A stretch of 64,000 nt of DNA, from IMG/VR virus record IMGVR_UViG_3300031419_000541, one strand, 5' to 3'. Made by a program: the position numbers and the translations under genes. This document shows positions 1 to 10,700 of the stretch, in pieces; the first letter of the stretch is position 1; each line of letters begins with the position of its first letter. The notes beneath the pieces were generated by a model. The model was not told where the DNA came from. It saw only the letters and a program-made list of their open reading frames with translations, and did no database searches. Origin of the DNA: an uncultured virus (IMG/VR IMGVR_UViG_3300031419_000541) (lineage: Duplodnaviria; Heunggongvirae; Uroviricota; Caudoviricetes).

Positions 1-52
1 CAAAGTTCCGTGAAACATCAAGTGTTTAAACAGCAGGTTTTTAATAAATCCT

Positions 53-100
53 TATATCCCCGCCCTGAAGGACGAGGCTTTACGGATTTGGTTGGTAAAT
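53..100 (-). mobile_element. IS200/IS605-family (IS608-like) left-end sequence; rest of element probably lies left of the window
   Basis: Minus strand reads TTAC-caaccaaatccgt-AAAG-CCTCGTCC ttca GGGCGGGG: TTAC cleavage site, AAAG guide and subterminal hairpin, as in the IS608 left end. Confidence 0.7.
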
Positions 101-120
101 ATTCTCCTTCATATATATCG

Positions 121-1665
121 CTATATACGTTTGCTGGAATAAGGAGTAAACAAACCGTTTTTGGTAAAAAGCAGCTCGTTTATTGTCATGTTAAAATTAA
201 GCAATAACTTTTGTTTCTTTATTTCTTTTCGTTCTGAGAGATGCATGTTTTTTTCAATAGTAAGTTGAGAAAAATTATTTATAACAATGTCAACCAAATT
301 TTTATCAGCACTCATAGAATGCCATTTTTCAGGTGTTGCTGCTTTAATCATAAACAATGGCTTAGTCAATTCTGTAAGTATTTGCTGTTCACTTAATGGC
401 TGATTTTCCTGTTCTTCTTGCTCAAAAGGAGAGTCGGCTGAACACAAGAAATCAAATGGCTCTTCATCATCAATCGTCTCTTCCGGTTGATTAAGATAAT
501 TTTTAACAACGTTCTGTATTTCTCTATTATCAAGAGATTCAAGCATTGTTGTCAAAATGATATGATTGTAATGAGGCTGGGGGGTTTGTTTTAAATATTC
601 AGTAATGTCATCAAATTTATGAACAAACATATTTAAACGCTGTTCATAATTTGCAAAAAAATGTTCGCTTCTGTTTGTTTCCAGTGTAAATTTGTTACAG
701 GTGATTAATTTTTTCAATGCCATATTATCATAAGCATTCCAGTTCCAGTCTTCAAAAGTGAATAACAGATTAGATTCAACAGAATGGAAAAGTATGAGTC
801 CTTCTTTCTCGTCAGTAAAATCAAAACCATTTTGTTTATAAATTGATTTTATTCTGTTGTTTATTTCAACAGACATATATTTTTTCTTCTGAAAACCATA
901 AAAAGAAGAAGTAAAAGAAAGAAGCACACACATGTCAAGGCTGGATATATAGTCAATTTCAAAATTACCAATCCCTGCCGCCAGAGTTTTTTGTGAATCT
1001 TTTTCTTTCAGGAAACCAAAACCATTAGAACTCATACTGTGAGGATTAATGAGATTAATACTGCTTAGTGTAGAATTTTTTAAAAATTCGGTAAGTCTTT
1101 CTTCGTCAAGGAAATATGCGGCAAGATAAAGAGGATTATTCAGGCTATATTCTTCCCTGCAATTCATAGATCTAAGTGTTAAACTTTGATTAGAGAAAGT
1201 ATCGGGCTGTACATATTTGTTTCCTAAGATTTCATAAAATGGATTAATTTTTTTGCCACAAAGTGATGCTGCATAAAGTTGCAATGCAACATACTCAACA
1301 GGAATATCAATTGCATTTGCTAGGCTGATAATTTCATCAACCAGATGTTCGGCAAATTTATAAGAAATGGTTAATTCTTTATTGGCGTCAAGAAAATTAA
1401 AAAACGAAACAATGAGATTACTGAAATCCGCAAATTTGTCGTATAAAGGATCGTCTCTGGGAATCTCTAATTCAAAATTAAGTGGTACACCCGTGATAGA
1501 TAATAAATTATTAATTAAATTTTCTTTATAGTAATCTTTTTTATCATAAGTATAATTTTGTTCTGGTTTTTTCAGAATAAAGAAATCAAGCTGACCATAT
1601 TTATCCTGAAAAGAAGGTTCACGGAAAAAATTCATAAAAAGCCCCATTAATAGACGAATAAGCAT
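121..1665 (-). CDS. hypothetical protein with C-terminal R[IL] tag (SSKRI); start may be 1635
   Basis: 514 aa ORF, no recognised domain. Confidence 0.8.
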   Translation of the reverse strand: MLIRLLMGLFMNFFREPSFQDKYGQLDFFILKKPEQNYTYDKKDYYKENLINNLLSITGVPLNFELEIPRDDPLYDKFADFSNLIVSFFNFLDANKELTISYKFAEHLVDEIISLANAIDIPVEYVALQLYAASLCGKKINPFYEILGNKYVQPDTFSNQSLTLRSMNCREEYSLNNPLYLAAYFLDEERLTEFLKNSTLSSINLINPHSMSSNGFGFLKEKDSQKTLAAGIGNFEIDYISSLDMCVLLSFTSSFYGFQKKKYMSVEINNRIKSIYKQNGFDFTDEKEGLILFHSVESNLLFTFEDWNWNAYDNMALKKLITCNKFTLETNRSEHFFANYEQRLNMFVHKFDDITEYLKQTPQPHYNHIILTTMLESLDNREIQNVVKNYLNQPEETIDDEEPFDFLCSADSPFEQEEQENQPLSEQQILTELTKPLFMIKAATPEKWHSMSADKNLVDIVINNFSQLTIEKNMHLSERKEIKKQKLLLNFNMTINELLFTKNGLFTPYSSKRI

Positions 1666-1750
1666 GATAATAACATTTAATCATACAGAAAGCTTCTCTT
1701 TTTTTTATGAAAACGTATAATGAATAAAAGCGTAAAGAAAGAGAACAATT

Positions 1751-2725
1751 ATGATAAAAAATAATGCTGAATTTGTCATGAAGTTAATAAAAACAAGTTA
1801 TCATGCTGATGAACTTGATACAGAAAGTTTTAATTATCTGAAAGGAAAAGTTAAAAGAAACCGGAATGCGCTTTTATCTTTATTTGATAAACATTCAGAT
1901 GCTATACCTGATAATACGAAACGGTTATTAAAGCACACCTTAATCTATCTTGATTTATCCTCTTTGGCAAAGAAAAAAAATAAATCTGCACATACTATTA
2001 TTTCTCTATACGCTGATTCCTTACTATTCAGAAAACAAAAATTGGAAGAAAACCGATCTGATATAAAAGATTATCATCATAATTTTTTAAGTGAATTAAA
2101 AGAAAATGTCTATAGTATGTTTTCTTTATATAAAATGTATCCTGAACATAAAAAAGAATTATCACAGATTTTTAATTTAAAAGAATATGTGCATGCTCAT
2201 TGTAATTTAAGAAACTTTGTTAATGAACTCATATCTTCACAGTATTATAATTATTATAAAAAAGAGAAGTTTAGTGAAATGCCAAATGAACTTTTAGAAT
2301 CGCTTTCTTTGTCTTTTTTAATTTCATTAAGAAATCATATATTTATAAATACTGAAGATAAGAAATTTTTAGGTGATTTTCTCGATAGTCGTATGGACGA
2401 AGAAGAAAAAAGAATTTTCTTGCTGAGCGTTTTTGATCATGGTCGAAATAAGGATATAAAAAGTGATTTAGGTAAGTATCCGCATGCTTTATGCACGATT
2501 AATGAAGAAAAATTTAAATACCATCTAAAAGATTTATCAGCATTCCAGTATGAACATTCCAAAGAGTTAACACAGGAACTTAAAGATGCAGGTGTTGAAA
2601 AATTTGTAACGCTTAATAATTTCTGGATAGCGTTTAATAAAATAAAAATAGAAACTGAACGAAGTCTATTGAGTAACTCGACTCAGGAAAAAAAAGATTA
2701 TCCTTCTTTAATTAAAAGACTATAA
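1751..2725 (+). CDS. hypothetical protein with C-terminal tag (ETERSLL...IKRL)
   Basis: 324 aa ORF, upstream TATAAT and GAGA RBS. Confidence 0.85.
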   Translation: MIKNNAEFVMKLIKTSYHADELDTESFNYLKGKVKRNRNALLSLFDKHSDAIPDNTKRLLKHTLIYLDLSSLAKKKNKSAHTIISLYADSLLFRKQKLEENRSDIKDYHHNFLSELKENVYSMFSLYKMYPEHKKELSQIFNLKEYVHAHCNLRNFVNELISSQYYNYYKKEKFSEMPNELLESLSLSFLISLRNHIFINTEDKKFLGDFLDSRMDEEEKRIFLLSVFDHGRNKDIKSDLGKYPHALCTINEEKFKYHLKDLSAFQYEHSKELTQELKDAGVEKFVTLNNFWIAFNKIKIETERSLLSNSTQEKKDYPSLIKRL

Positions 2726-2727
2726 CT

Positions 2728-3369
2728 TTATATACGCTTAACAGAAGATGAAGGATGATGAACGTCACATAAAGAAGACAGTTTTTTTTGTTCAATATAG
2801 ATAAGATATTGTGAAGGGCATTTTTGTAATAACATACGTGCCGTATTACCTTTCTTATCAGCGATATCAATATCCGCATTCAATAACAAAAGCTGAGGAA
2901 TAAACGCGGAGTACTTATCATGTATAATAACATGGTGTAAAAGCGTCATGCCATTAATATCCTGGGCGTCAATGTCTTTAACAACCAAATTGAAAAACGT
3001 CTGTGAGTTAAATAAAGTGTGTGAGTTGCCTTCGTGGATGAAATGGCTGATGAAATAATATATAGCTTCGCTGCATTGGTTTGTATGTGCGTTTTCTTTA
3101 ATACTTTTGAATACGGAAAAAAACAAAGCCATATCTTTTTTGTATTCACTATTCATAATTGCTGCAAGAATCATGAAAAACAGGCAACTTGCCATGGCAT
3201 AAGAATTATATTTAGCTATCTGAGAAGGTAACAGCATGAGGAAAAAATAAAAAACAAAAGAAAACATAGATATCACACACACACCGATAAATGTAGCCAC
3301 ATTAAACAATGCAGGGTCTTTTCTTAATTGCTGGCATGTTTGCCTTAGAATTTCAAGAAATTGCATCAT
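2728..3369 (-). CDS. membrane protein with ankyrin repeat(s) and C-terminal tag
   Basis: Two N-terminal hydrophobic segments; DIDAQDINGMTLLHH and ADIDIADKKGNTA ankyrin motifs; ends VKRI. Confidence 0.8.
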   Translation of the reverse strand: MMQFLEILRQTCQQLRKDPALFNVATFIGVCVISMFSFVFYFFLMLLPSQIAKYNSYAMASCLFFMILAAIMNSEYKKDMALFFSVFKSIKENAHTNQCSEAIYYFISHFIHEGNSHTLFNSQTFFNLVVKDIDAQDINGMTLLHHVIIHDKYSAFIPQLLLLNADIDIADKKGNTARMLLQKCPSQYLIYIEQKKLSSLCDVHHPSSSVKRI

Positions 3370-3374
3370 TTTTA

Positions 3375-3692
3375 TTAAAGCCTCTTTGTCTTTATCGATG
3401 AATTTATTGTATTAATTTCCTTTCTGAGCATTTTTTGTTCAGAAATAATGTTATCAATTTTTGCCATTTGTTCAATATGTATTTTTTCTTTAAGAAGAAG
3501 ATGTGCTAAATGATGAACGGCTATAAAAAAATAACAAGTTAGAAAACAAAGTAATGAAATGGTTGCAATAAAAAAAGAAACAATAGAGAGGTAATACCAT
3601 ACAAAAAGTATGTCCCCCTCACTGTATTTCACGAGAAAAGGATAAGTTAGAAAAAAGAAGATAGCAGGAATAAAAAAGAATAATTTTCGCAT
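3375..3692 (-). CDS. small membrane protein with C-terminal tag
   Basis: Two hydrophobic segments; ends EQKML...TKRL. Confidence 0.75.
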   Translation of the reverse strand: MRKLFFFIPAIFFFLTYPFLVKYSEGDILFVWYYLSIVSFFIATISLLCFLTCYFFIAVHHLAHLLLKEKIHIEQMAKIDNIISEQKMLRKEINTINSSIKTKRL

Positions 3693-3729
3693 AAATTAAA
3701 ACCCCAGCGAAAAGCTAGGGTTTCCTTTT

Positions 3730-3873
3730 TTAATCTTGTTCGTCATAGCGGTCTTTGCCGCCACGAGACGTTTTGTTACGCTTACGGTTGTCGTCCTTTC
3801 CATAACCGGCCAGACGAGATTGTTTTTTGGCTTTAGGAAATTTTTCTACATGACTACCAGAAGAGCTTTGCAT
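3730..3873 (-). CDS. 47 aa basic protein, weakly resembling T7 gp1.1-type peptides
   Basis: ATG at 3873 after AAAGG RBS; promoter TTGCAA-17-TATGAT; downstream hairpin about 3701-3730; RKRNKTSRG motif. Confidence 0.65.
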   Translation of the reverse strand: MQSSSGSHVEKFPKAKKQSRLAGYGKDDNRKRNKTSRGGKDRYDEQD

Positions 3874-3922
3874 ATCTTTGTACCTTTGTTTGTTAATAAG
3901 TAAACTGTCGTTCAGTGAGGTA

Positions 3923-3951
3923 ATCATAGCAAAGTGGATTTTCGATTGCAA
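3923..3951 (-). promoter_or_regulatory. sigma70 promoter for the 47 aa basic protein
   Basis: TTGCAA-N17-TATGAT with TG extension. Confidence 0.6.
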
Positions 3952-3968
3952 GAAAAAAATTAAAAAAA

Positions 3969-3998
3969 TGACGTCATTTTGATGTCATTATGAGGTCA
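3969..3998. repeat. three TGANGTCA boxes at 11-bp period, putative operator
   Basis: tgacgtca 3969, tgatgtca 3980, tgaggtca 3991. Confidence 0.5.
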
Positions 3999-4099
3999 AA
4001 AAAATAGTAAGAATTCAATGAAAATGAGATAAAAAATCTTTCATTTTAAAGATTGTGCGTTGTATAATAAATATAAATATATAAAACAGGAATAAAAAA

Positions 4100-4507
4100 A
4101 TGAAAGATTTTATAAACTACATGGAAATTTTTGAAAAATTTGAAATGAACGGAAAATTATTATTAAAAACGTATGAGGCGATTGAATGTAACGACGGTTT
4201 TACTATGAGTGTTCAGGCGAGTTCAAATCATTACTGTGTACCTCGTGAAATGACAGATATTGAGAACTATACACACTTTGAAGTCTCCGCCGAAGATGAA
4301 CCTTTATTCAAACCTTATGTAAGCAGCGATAATGATCATATCTTTGCAAGAGTTCCAAAAGAAATTATAGAGAAAGTAATAGAAAAACATGGTTTGTTAA
4401 AAAAGATGAAAGAAGAAATAGAAACAGAAAAAAAAGCATTATCAAAAGTCATTAAAAAAAGTGGCAAATTAAAAAAGAAAAAAGATGTAGAACCCAAAAG
4501 AATATAA
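4100..4507 (+). CDS. phage-type hypothetical protein (CxDGFxMSVQAS..HYC.PR family) with C-terminal tag
   Basis: IECNDGFTMSVQASSNHYCVPRE motif recalled from phage hypothetical proteins; ends ETEKKAL...PKRI. Confidence 0.8.
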   Translation: MKDFINYMEIFEKFEMNGKLLLKTYEAIECNDGFTMSVQASSNHYCVPREMTDIENYTHFEVSAEDEPLFKPYVSSDNDHIFARVPKEIIEKVIEKHGLLKKMKEEIETEKKALSKVIKKSGKLKKKKDVEPKRI

Positions 4508-4562
4508 ATTGAATTACCTTTTTTATTAAGTTATTCTTGGTAACAATTAAGGAGAAAACTCA

Positions 4563-6413
4563 ATGAAAATCGAAGAATCACTTTCTATTTTAAATAAACT
4601 AAATAATGCATTTACTATGCATAAGAATGCTTATTTACTGGAAAGTGATTTTGATGAAAAAACGCGATACTATGATGAACTTGTTAGGGTATTAAAAGAA
4701 TATCAATATGGCTGGTCTGAAATTTTTGAATCCTTAAATGACGTCATTTTTGAACGTTATGAAAGGAATTTTATAACAACAGAAGATAATATCCTTTGTC
4801 ACAAAGAATCAGGTGCAGCATGGAGTGTAATAGATAACAAAATAGAGTTTAATATTTATAAAGAAAGTCCATGGAAAATATTCCCTGATTACAATAAAAA
4901 CGAATCAATGAATAAGATTCCTGACTTTTTAAAAGATAAGAGTTGTTATAATATTATTGGTGGAGATAAGTTTTTATTCACAGATTTTGTTAAGCAAGCT
5001 TATAGTACTTATGTGGAGGTGCAAATACCTTATGTGGATAGAATAAAAGTCAACAATCAAATCATTTCAATAATACAACAGAAATTAAAAGAAGCCGGTC
5101 ATTTTCCTTTTGAGAAATGCTTAATAGATAGTGAACAGTATCATTTTTGGATTGATACAGACTGGTGTAACTGGCAATATGTTATAAATAAGGATATATT
5201 CGCTTTTTTCTTTGATAATGAAACTCTCTTTGCCTGGATGGAACAAAAAGAAAATGATGTTTTAATAGATATGTTGGATTTTCTGAAAGAAGAAAACTAT
5301 AAAAGAGGCAGTTATAAAAGATTTAATATGTATGATTTTGAGTTAAATACGAAGTTTTCGGATTATCCAATAGAAGAAGAGTATAAAAAAGATGTTGTCC
5401 GATATATGAATAGTGTCGTATTTAAACAATTTTATGAAATACCTGTAATAGATTTTGATAATAATAACGAATTACAAAATATACAGTATTCATTTCAGCA
5501 TGCAATGTTATCCAGCGTAAAAGCATTGCTGAAAAAAATACAATCATGCAATAATGATCATTTTGAAAAATGGCTAATTTCTTCGTATAGTTTAGAAAAA
5601 ATAGATCTGATAAAAAAAGCATTAGGAGTAGATAACGGAGAAAAATTAATAACCGTTGGTAAGGAAAAAATAAATGAATTGTTACCTATGGATTTAATTC
5701 AAATAAAGAATAACTGTTCTGAAATTGGAACATTGTTTATTGATGAAATTATTGAAAAAAAAGAAACAGAAATCAGAAAAACCAGACAAAAAATTATAGA
5801 TAATATATGTAAAGCTATTCGCAAGAATAATAAACAAGTCGTTGCTTATCCTCAATTGAAAAATTCAGAAGTAGTGGAAATAAACACATTTACGGAAAAC
5901 GAGCATTTAGAGGATAAGCTTGTTTTGAATGCATTTAATGAAAAAAATTTTTTATTATTGCGTAGTTTAAAAGACAAAGGCTGGACTATTGAAAAAGAAA
6001 TCAGACATACACTTAATAAAAATAATTATAATATAATTGATTTCATATTTGACGATGGTAACAACACAAGACCCAAAAGTGAAATAGAAGCATTACTTGA
6101 TATGTATATTGAAAATGAAGAAGATCTGCAGTTATTATTAAACGTAAATTCAATTCATGGTAATGCATTAGCTTACTTTGTAAATTTTTATCACAGGCAA
6201 GGCTATCTGAATAAATATATAAAATTTTTGATAAAAAATGGTCAATCACTGGATGAATATTCAATGAAACATGATTGTGCAATTATTGATATTGTAAACA
6301 ATGAGGCATTATCAAAATTAATAAGAGTGATAGAAATACAGGCTCAAAAAGAAAAGATAGAGGAGCAAATTACAGAGAAAGTAAGTTCACAAAAAGAAAT
6401 AAAAAGAATTTAA
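4563..6413 (+). CDS. large hypothetical protein, possible ankyrin-like C-terminal region, C-terminal tag
   Basis: 616 aa ORF, AAGGAG RBS; ends EIKRI. Confidence 0.85.
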   Translation: MKIEESLSILNKLNNAFTMHKNAYLLESDFDEKTRYYDELVRVLKEYQYGWSEIFESLNDVIFERYERNFITTEDNILCHKESGAAWSVIDNKIEFNIYKESPWKIFPDYNKNESMNKIPDFLKDKSCYNIIGGDKFLFTDFVKQAYSTYVEVQIPYVDRIKVNNQIISIIQQKLKEAGHFPFEKCLIDSEQYHFWIDTDWCNWQYVINKDIFAFFFDNETLFAWMEQKENDVLIDMLDFLKEENYKRGSYKRFNMYDFELNTKFSDYPIEEEYKKDVVRYMNSVVFKQFYEIPVIDFDNNNELQNIQYSFQHAMLSSVKALLKKIQSCNNDHFEKWLISSYSLEKIDLIKKALGVDNGEKLITVGKEKINELLPMDLIQIKNNCSEIGTLFIDEIIEKKETEIRKTRQKIIDNICKAIRKNNKQVVAYPQLKNSEVVEINTFTENEHLEDKLVLNAFNEKNFLLLRSLKDKGWTIEKEIRHTLNKNNYNIIDFIFDDGNNTRPKSEIEALLDMYIENEEDLQLLLNVNSIHGNALAYFVNFYHRQGYLNKYIKFLIKNGQSLDEYSMKHDCAIIDIVNNEALSKLIRVIEIQAQKEKIEEQITEKVSSQKEIKRI

Positions 6414-6590
6414 TATCTTTAAATATTAAGCGATTTACCAAAAGGCAGAGAAATCTGTCTTTTTTATTAGCATTTAATGCGATAATGATTCTTCTTTTCA
6501 ATAACTTTACGCAGCGACATAAAATATTAATTGACATAAAATTTTAAGCTTTTAATCTGGTAGGACTATCTAAATTGAAAGGGAAAAACT

Positions 6591-7733
6591 ATGAAGTATA
6601 TGCATTTATCCGGTCTCATTGCGTTGATTTTACTATCAGGATGTAATGACTCCAAAGATAATAAACAAGCAATGTCGGGTCAAAGACCAGCTACAGAAGT
6701 TGGTTTTGTCCAATTAAAAGCAAAAAGCATTCCATTAACCAGTGAATTAACAGGAAGAACTACTGCAACAGAAATGGCAGAAATAAGACCTCAAATTTCA
6801 GGCGTAATACAAAAAAGAAGGTTTAAAGAAGGCGATCAAGTTAAAGCTGGTGAAGTTTTATATGAAATAGACGATAGTTCATATCAGGCAACTTATGATA
6901 ATGCACTTGCTACATTGAAAAATGCCGAGGCTCAATTGCAGGCAGCAAAGGCAAAATCCTGGCGATATAATGTATTATTAAAGAACAATAGTGTTTCAAA
7001 AGAAGATGTTGAAAATGCCAACAGTGCTTATAAGCAGGTTCTGGCAGCTATAGATCAGGCTCAGGCAACGGTAAAAAGTGCAAAAATTGACTTAGATCGC
7101 ACAAAAATAAAAGCGCCGATTTCAGGAACAATTGGTATTTCTTCTGTGACTCCTGGTGCACTGGTTACGGCTAATCAGGAAACGGCTTTGGCAACAATTC
7201 GCAATCTGGATAATATGTATGTAGATTTAACTCAGTCCAGTATTGAACAACTTCAGTTGAGGAAATACATAAAGTCTAATAAAAATGCTCAGAATGAGAA
7301 AAATGTTACATTAAAACTCGAAGATGGAACGGTTTATCAGGAAAAAGGCAAACTTGAATTTTCAGAAGTTGCCGTAAATGAATCAACAGGTTCAGTCACT
7401 TTACGTGCTTTATTTTCTAATCCCGATCACCTTTTATTGCCAGGCATGTTTGTCAGAGCAACAATAATTAACGGCATGCTGGATAATGCAATACTGGCAC
7501 CGCAACAAGGTATTACACGCAATGCAAGTGGAGAAGCAACAGCTTTATTAGTTGATAATAATAATAAAGTTAAATCTGTTGATGTTAAAACAGATAAAGC
7601 AATAGGCAATAGTTGGTTAATTACCTCTGGTTTAAAATCAGGTGATAAAATAATTGTAGAAGGAAACAGTAAAATACAGCCTGAGCAAACCGTCAAAGCA
7701 GTAGATACGGCACAGTCAGAGGGAGCGAAATAA
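6591..7733 (+). CDS. eefA: RND efflux periplasmic adaptor lipoprotein (EefA/AcrA family)
   Basis: Lipobox LLSGC; ELTGRT, APISGTIGISSVTPGALVTA and LLPGMFVRA motifs match EefA. Confidence 0.9.
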   Translation: MKYMHLSGLIALILLSGCNDSKDNKQAMSGQRPATEVGFVQLKAKSIPLTSELTGRTTATEMAEIRPQISGVIQKRRFKEGDQVKAGEVLYEIDDSSYQATYDNALATLKNAEAQLQAAKAKSWRYNVLLKNNSVSKEDVENANSAYKQVLAAIDQAQATVKSAKIDLDRTKIKAPISGTIGISSVTPGALVTANQETALATIRNLDNMYVDLTQSSIEQLQLRKYIKSNKNAQNEKNVTLKLEDGTVYQEKGKLEFSEVAVNESTGSVTLRALFSNPDHLLLPGMFVRATIINGMLDNAILAPQQGITRNASGEATALLVDNNNKVKSVDVKTDKAIGNSWLITSGLKSGDKIIVEGNSKIQPEQTVKAVDTAQSEGAK

Positions 7734-10700
7734 TGTTTTCAAAATTTTTTGTCTATCGTCCCGTTTTTGCATGGGTTATTGCTATCTTAATTATGTTGGG
7801 TGGTGTATTAGGTATAAAATCACTGCCTATCGCACAATATCCTGACGTTGCACCACCAACAATAAAAGTGAGTGCTAATTATCCTGGGGCTTCTGCTGAA
7901 ACGCTGGAAAATAGCGTAACTCAGATACTGGAGCAACAGTTAACAGGACTTGATGGTTTGTTATACTTCACATCGAGTAGCAGTTCCAGAGGCAGTGTAT
8001 CGATCAATGTAACCTTTAAAGCAGGCACAAATGCAGATACCGCCCAAATTCAGGTACAAAATAAAATTCAGCAGGCAGAATCCCGTTTACCCAGTGAAGT
8101 TCAACAGCAGGGTGTTTCAGTTGAGAAGTCAGAATCGAGTTTTTTACTGATTATGGCACTCTATGATACCCTGGATAAACATTCCAATACCGATATAGCA
8201 GACTGGCTTGTCAGCAACATGCAGGATAATCTTTCACGTATATCTGGTGTAGGTAGTGTACAAGTTTTTGGATCAGAACATGCTATGAGAATATGGCTTG
8301 ATCCTGACAAATTGGTTTCTTATAAACTTATGCCTTCTGATGTGACCTCAGCCATTCAGAGCCAGAATACACAAGTAACAGTAGGGAGAATAGGTGATTT
8401 GCCTACTGTTAAAAATCAGCAACTTACAGCAACAGTCAGGGCGCAGTCTCGTCTTCAGACTCCAGAACAATTCCAGAACATAATTCTAAAAAATGATGGG
8501 AAAGGATCCATTGTTTATCTTAAAGATGTTGCAAAAGTGGAAATCGGTGGTGAAGATTATAACTTTGTAACAAGATTAAATGGTCATCCTGCGGCGGGTA
8601 TTGCCGTTATGCTTGCACCAGGAGCAAATGCATTAGAAACATCGGAATTGGTTAAAGCAAAAATTGCAGAATCAGAGCATAACTTTCCGAAAGGCTATGA
8701 AGTTGCTTATCCCAAAGACAATACAGAGTTTATTAAAATATCGGTAGAAGAAGTGGTAAAAACACTGATAGAAGCTGTAATCTTAGTTGTCCTAGTTATG
8801 TATCTGTTTATGCAAAATTTTAGGGCAACACTTATTCCTGCTATTGCTGTTCCTGTGGTATTACTGGGAACTTTCGGAGTTTTAGCATTATTCGGATATT
8901 CTATAAATACGTTAACCCTGTTCGCAATGGTTCTTGCCATAGGTCTTCTTGTTGACGATGCGATAGTGGTAGTAGAAAACGTAGAAAGAATAATGACAGA
9001 AGAAAAATTATCAGCAAAAGAAGCAACAGCAAAATCAATGTCGCAGATTTCAGGTGCTCTGATTGCCATTGCGTTGGTATTATCTGCTGTATTCCTGCCT
9101 ATGTCATTCTTCGGAGGTTCAACAGGAGTTATTTATCGTCAGTTTTCAATAACGATTATCTCTTCAATGTTGTTGTCTGTTTTGGTAGCATTAACCCTGA
9201 CCCCAGCATTGTGTGGTTCATTTCTTAAGCATACTCATGACAAAAAAGGCCGATTCTTTAATTTTTTCAACCGTAATTATGAGAAGACAGAGGATAAGTA
9301 TAACAATGGAGTCAGTAAAAGTCTAAGACGTCCAGCGCGTATGTTGCTTGCCTATGCAATGGTTATAGGCGTTATGACATTATTCATGTTTAAACTTCCC
9401 ACGGGTTTTATTCCAACAGAAGATCAGGGCGATGTTATGTTACAATATACCCTGCCTGCTGGTGCTACTATGGAAAGAACGGATGCGGTAAGTCGTGAAG
9501 TAGAAAAATATTTTCTTAATCATGAAAAAAGTAATGTCAAAGCAATATTTACTATATCCGGTTTCAATTTCAGTGGTAGTGGACAGAATGCGGGAATGGC
9601 TTTCATAGCGCTCAATGACTGGTCAAAGCGTCCGGGTGAAGAAAACAGCGCTCAGGGAATAGCAAATCGCGCAATGATGGCGTTATCCAGAATACGTGAG
9701 GCACAGATATTTGCTATGGTGCCTCCTGCAATCATGGGATTAGGACAATCAAATGGTTTTAGTTTTGAGTTACAGGCGGCTTCGGGTACATCCAGAGAAG
9801 AACTGGCAAAATTCAAAACTCAATTATTGGGATTAACCGCAAAAAGTAGCGAACTTAAGTCAGTGCGATCTAATGATTTACCCCAAACACCTCAATTGCA
9901 GATTGATATTGATATGCCAAAAGCAGTATCTATGGGTCTTGGCGTTAACGATATTACCAGCACAATGAGTACCGCCTGGGGAGGAAATTATGTAAATGAT
10001 TTCCTTGATAATGGTCGTGTTAAAAAAGTATATGTTAAAGGCAATGCTGAAACCAATACACAGCCAGACGATCTTAATCGGTGGTTTGTGAGAACCAGTT
10101 CTGGTGACATGACTCCGTTTTCAGCTTTCACAAAAAATTACTGGACATACGGGCCAGAAAGTCTGAACCGTTATAATGGATATTCTTCATATGAAATACA
10201 GGGAGAGCCAGCAGATGGTATAAGTTCAGGTGTGGCTATGGATAAAATGGAAGAACTGGCAAACAGTTTGCCAGCAGGAACAACCTGGTCATGGAGTGGT
10301 ATTTCATTGCAGGAAAAGCAATCATCGGGACAGGCATTTATGCTGTATGGTTTATCCATATTAGTAGTATTCTTATGTCTTGCGGCTCTTTATGAAAGCT
10401 GGAGTGTGCCAATTTCTGTCTTAATGGTTATCCCACTGGGATTATTGGGGGCTGTTGCAGCAACTATGATAAGAGGACTGGAAAACGATGTCTATTTCCA
10501 GGTGGCATTACTTACAACCATTGGATTGTCCTCAAAAAACGCAATACTCATTGTGGAATTTGCCGAATTATCTTTAAAAAATGGCCAAGATCTTTACGAA
10601 GCTGCACGTAACGCTGCTAAAACGCGTTTAAGACCAATTATAATGACATCTCTCGCATTCGTGGCAGGTGTATTGCCTCTTGCAATTTCTACTGGAGCTG

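Noticed and set aside
10..207. 65 aa plus-strand ORF
   Set aside because: Runs through the IS-end hairpin and overlaps the 3' end of the 121-1665 gene antisense; probably spurious.
6481..6499. Fur-box-like GATAATGATTCTTCTTTTC upstream of eefA
   Set aside because: Only one half-site is good (14/19 matches); expected by chance in AT-rich DNA.
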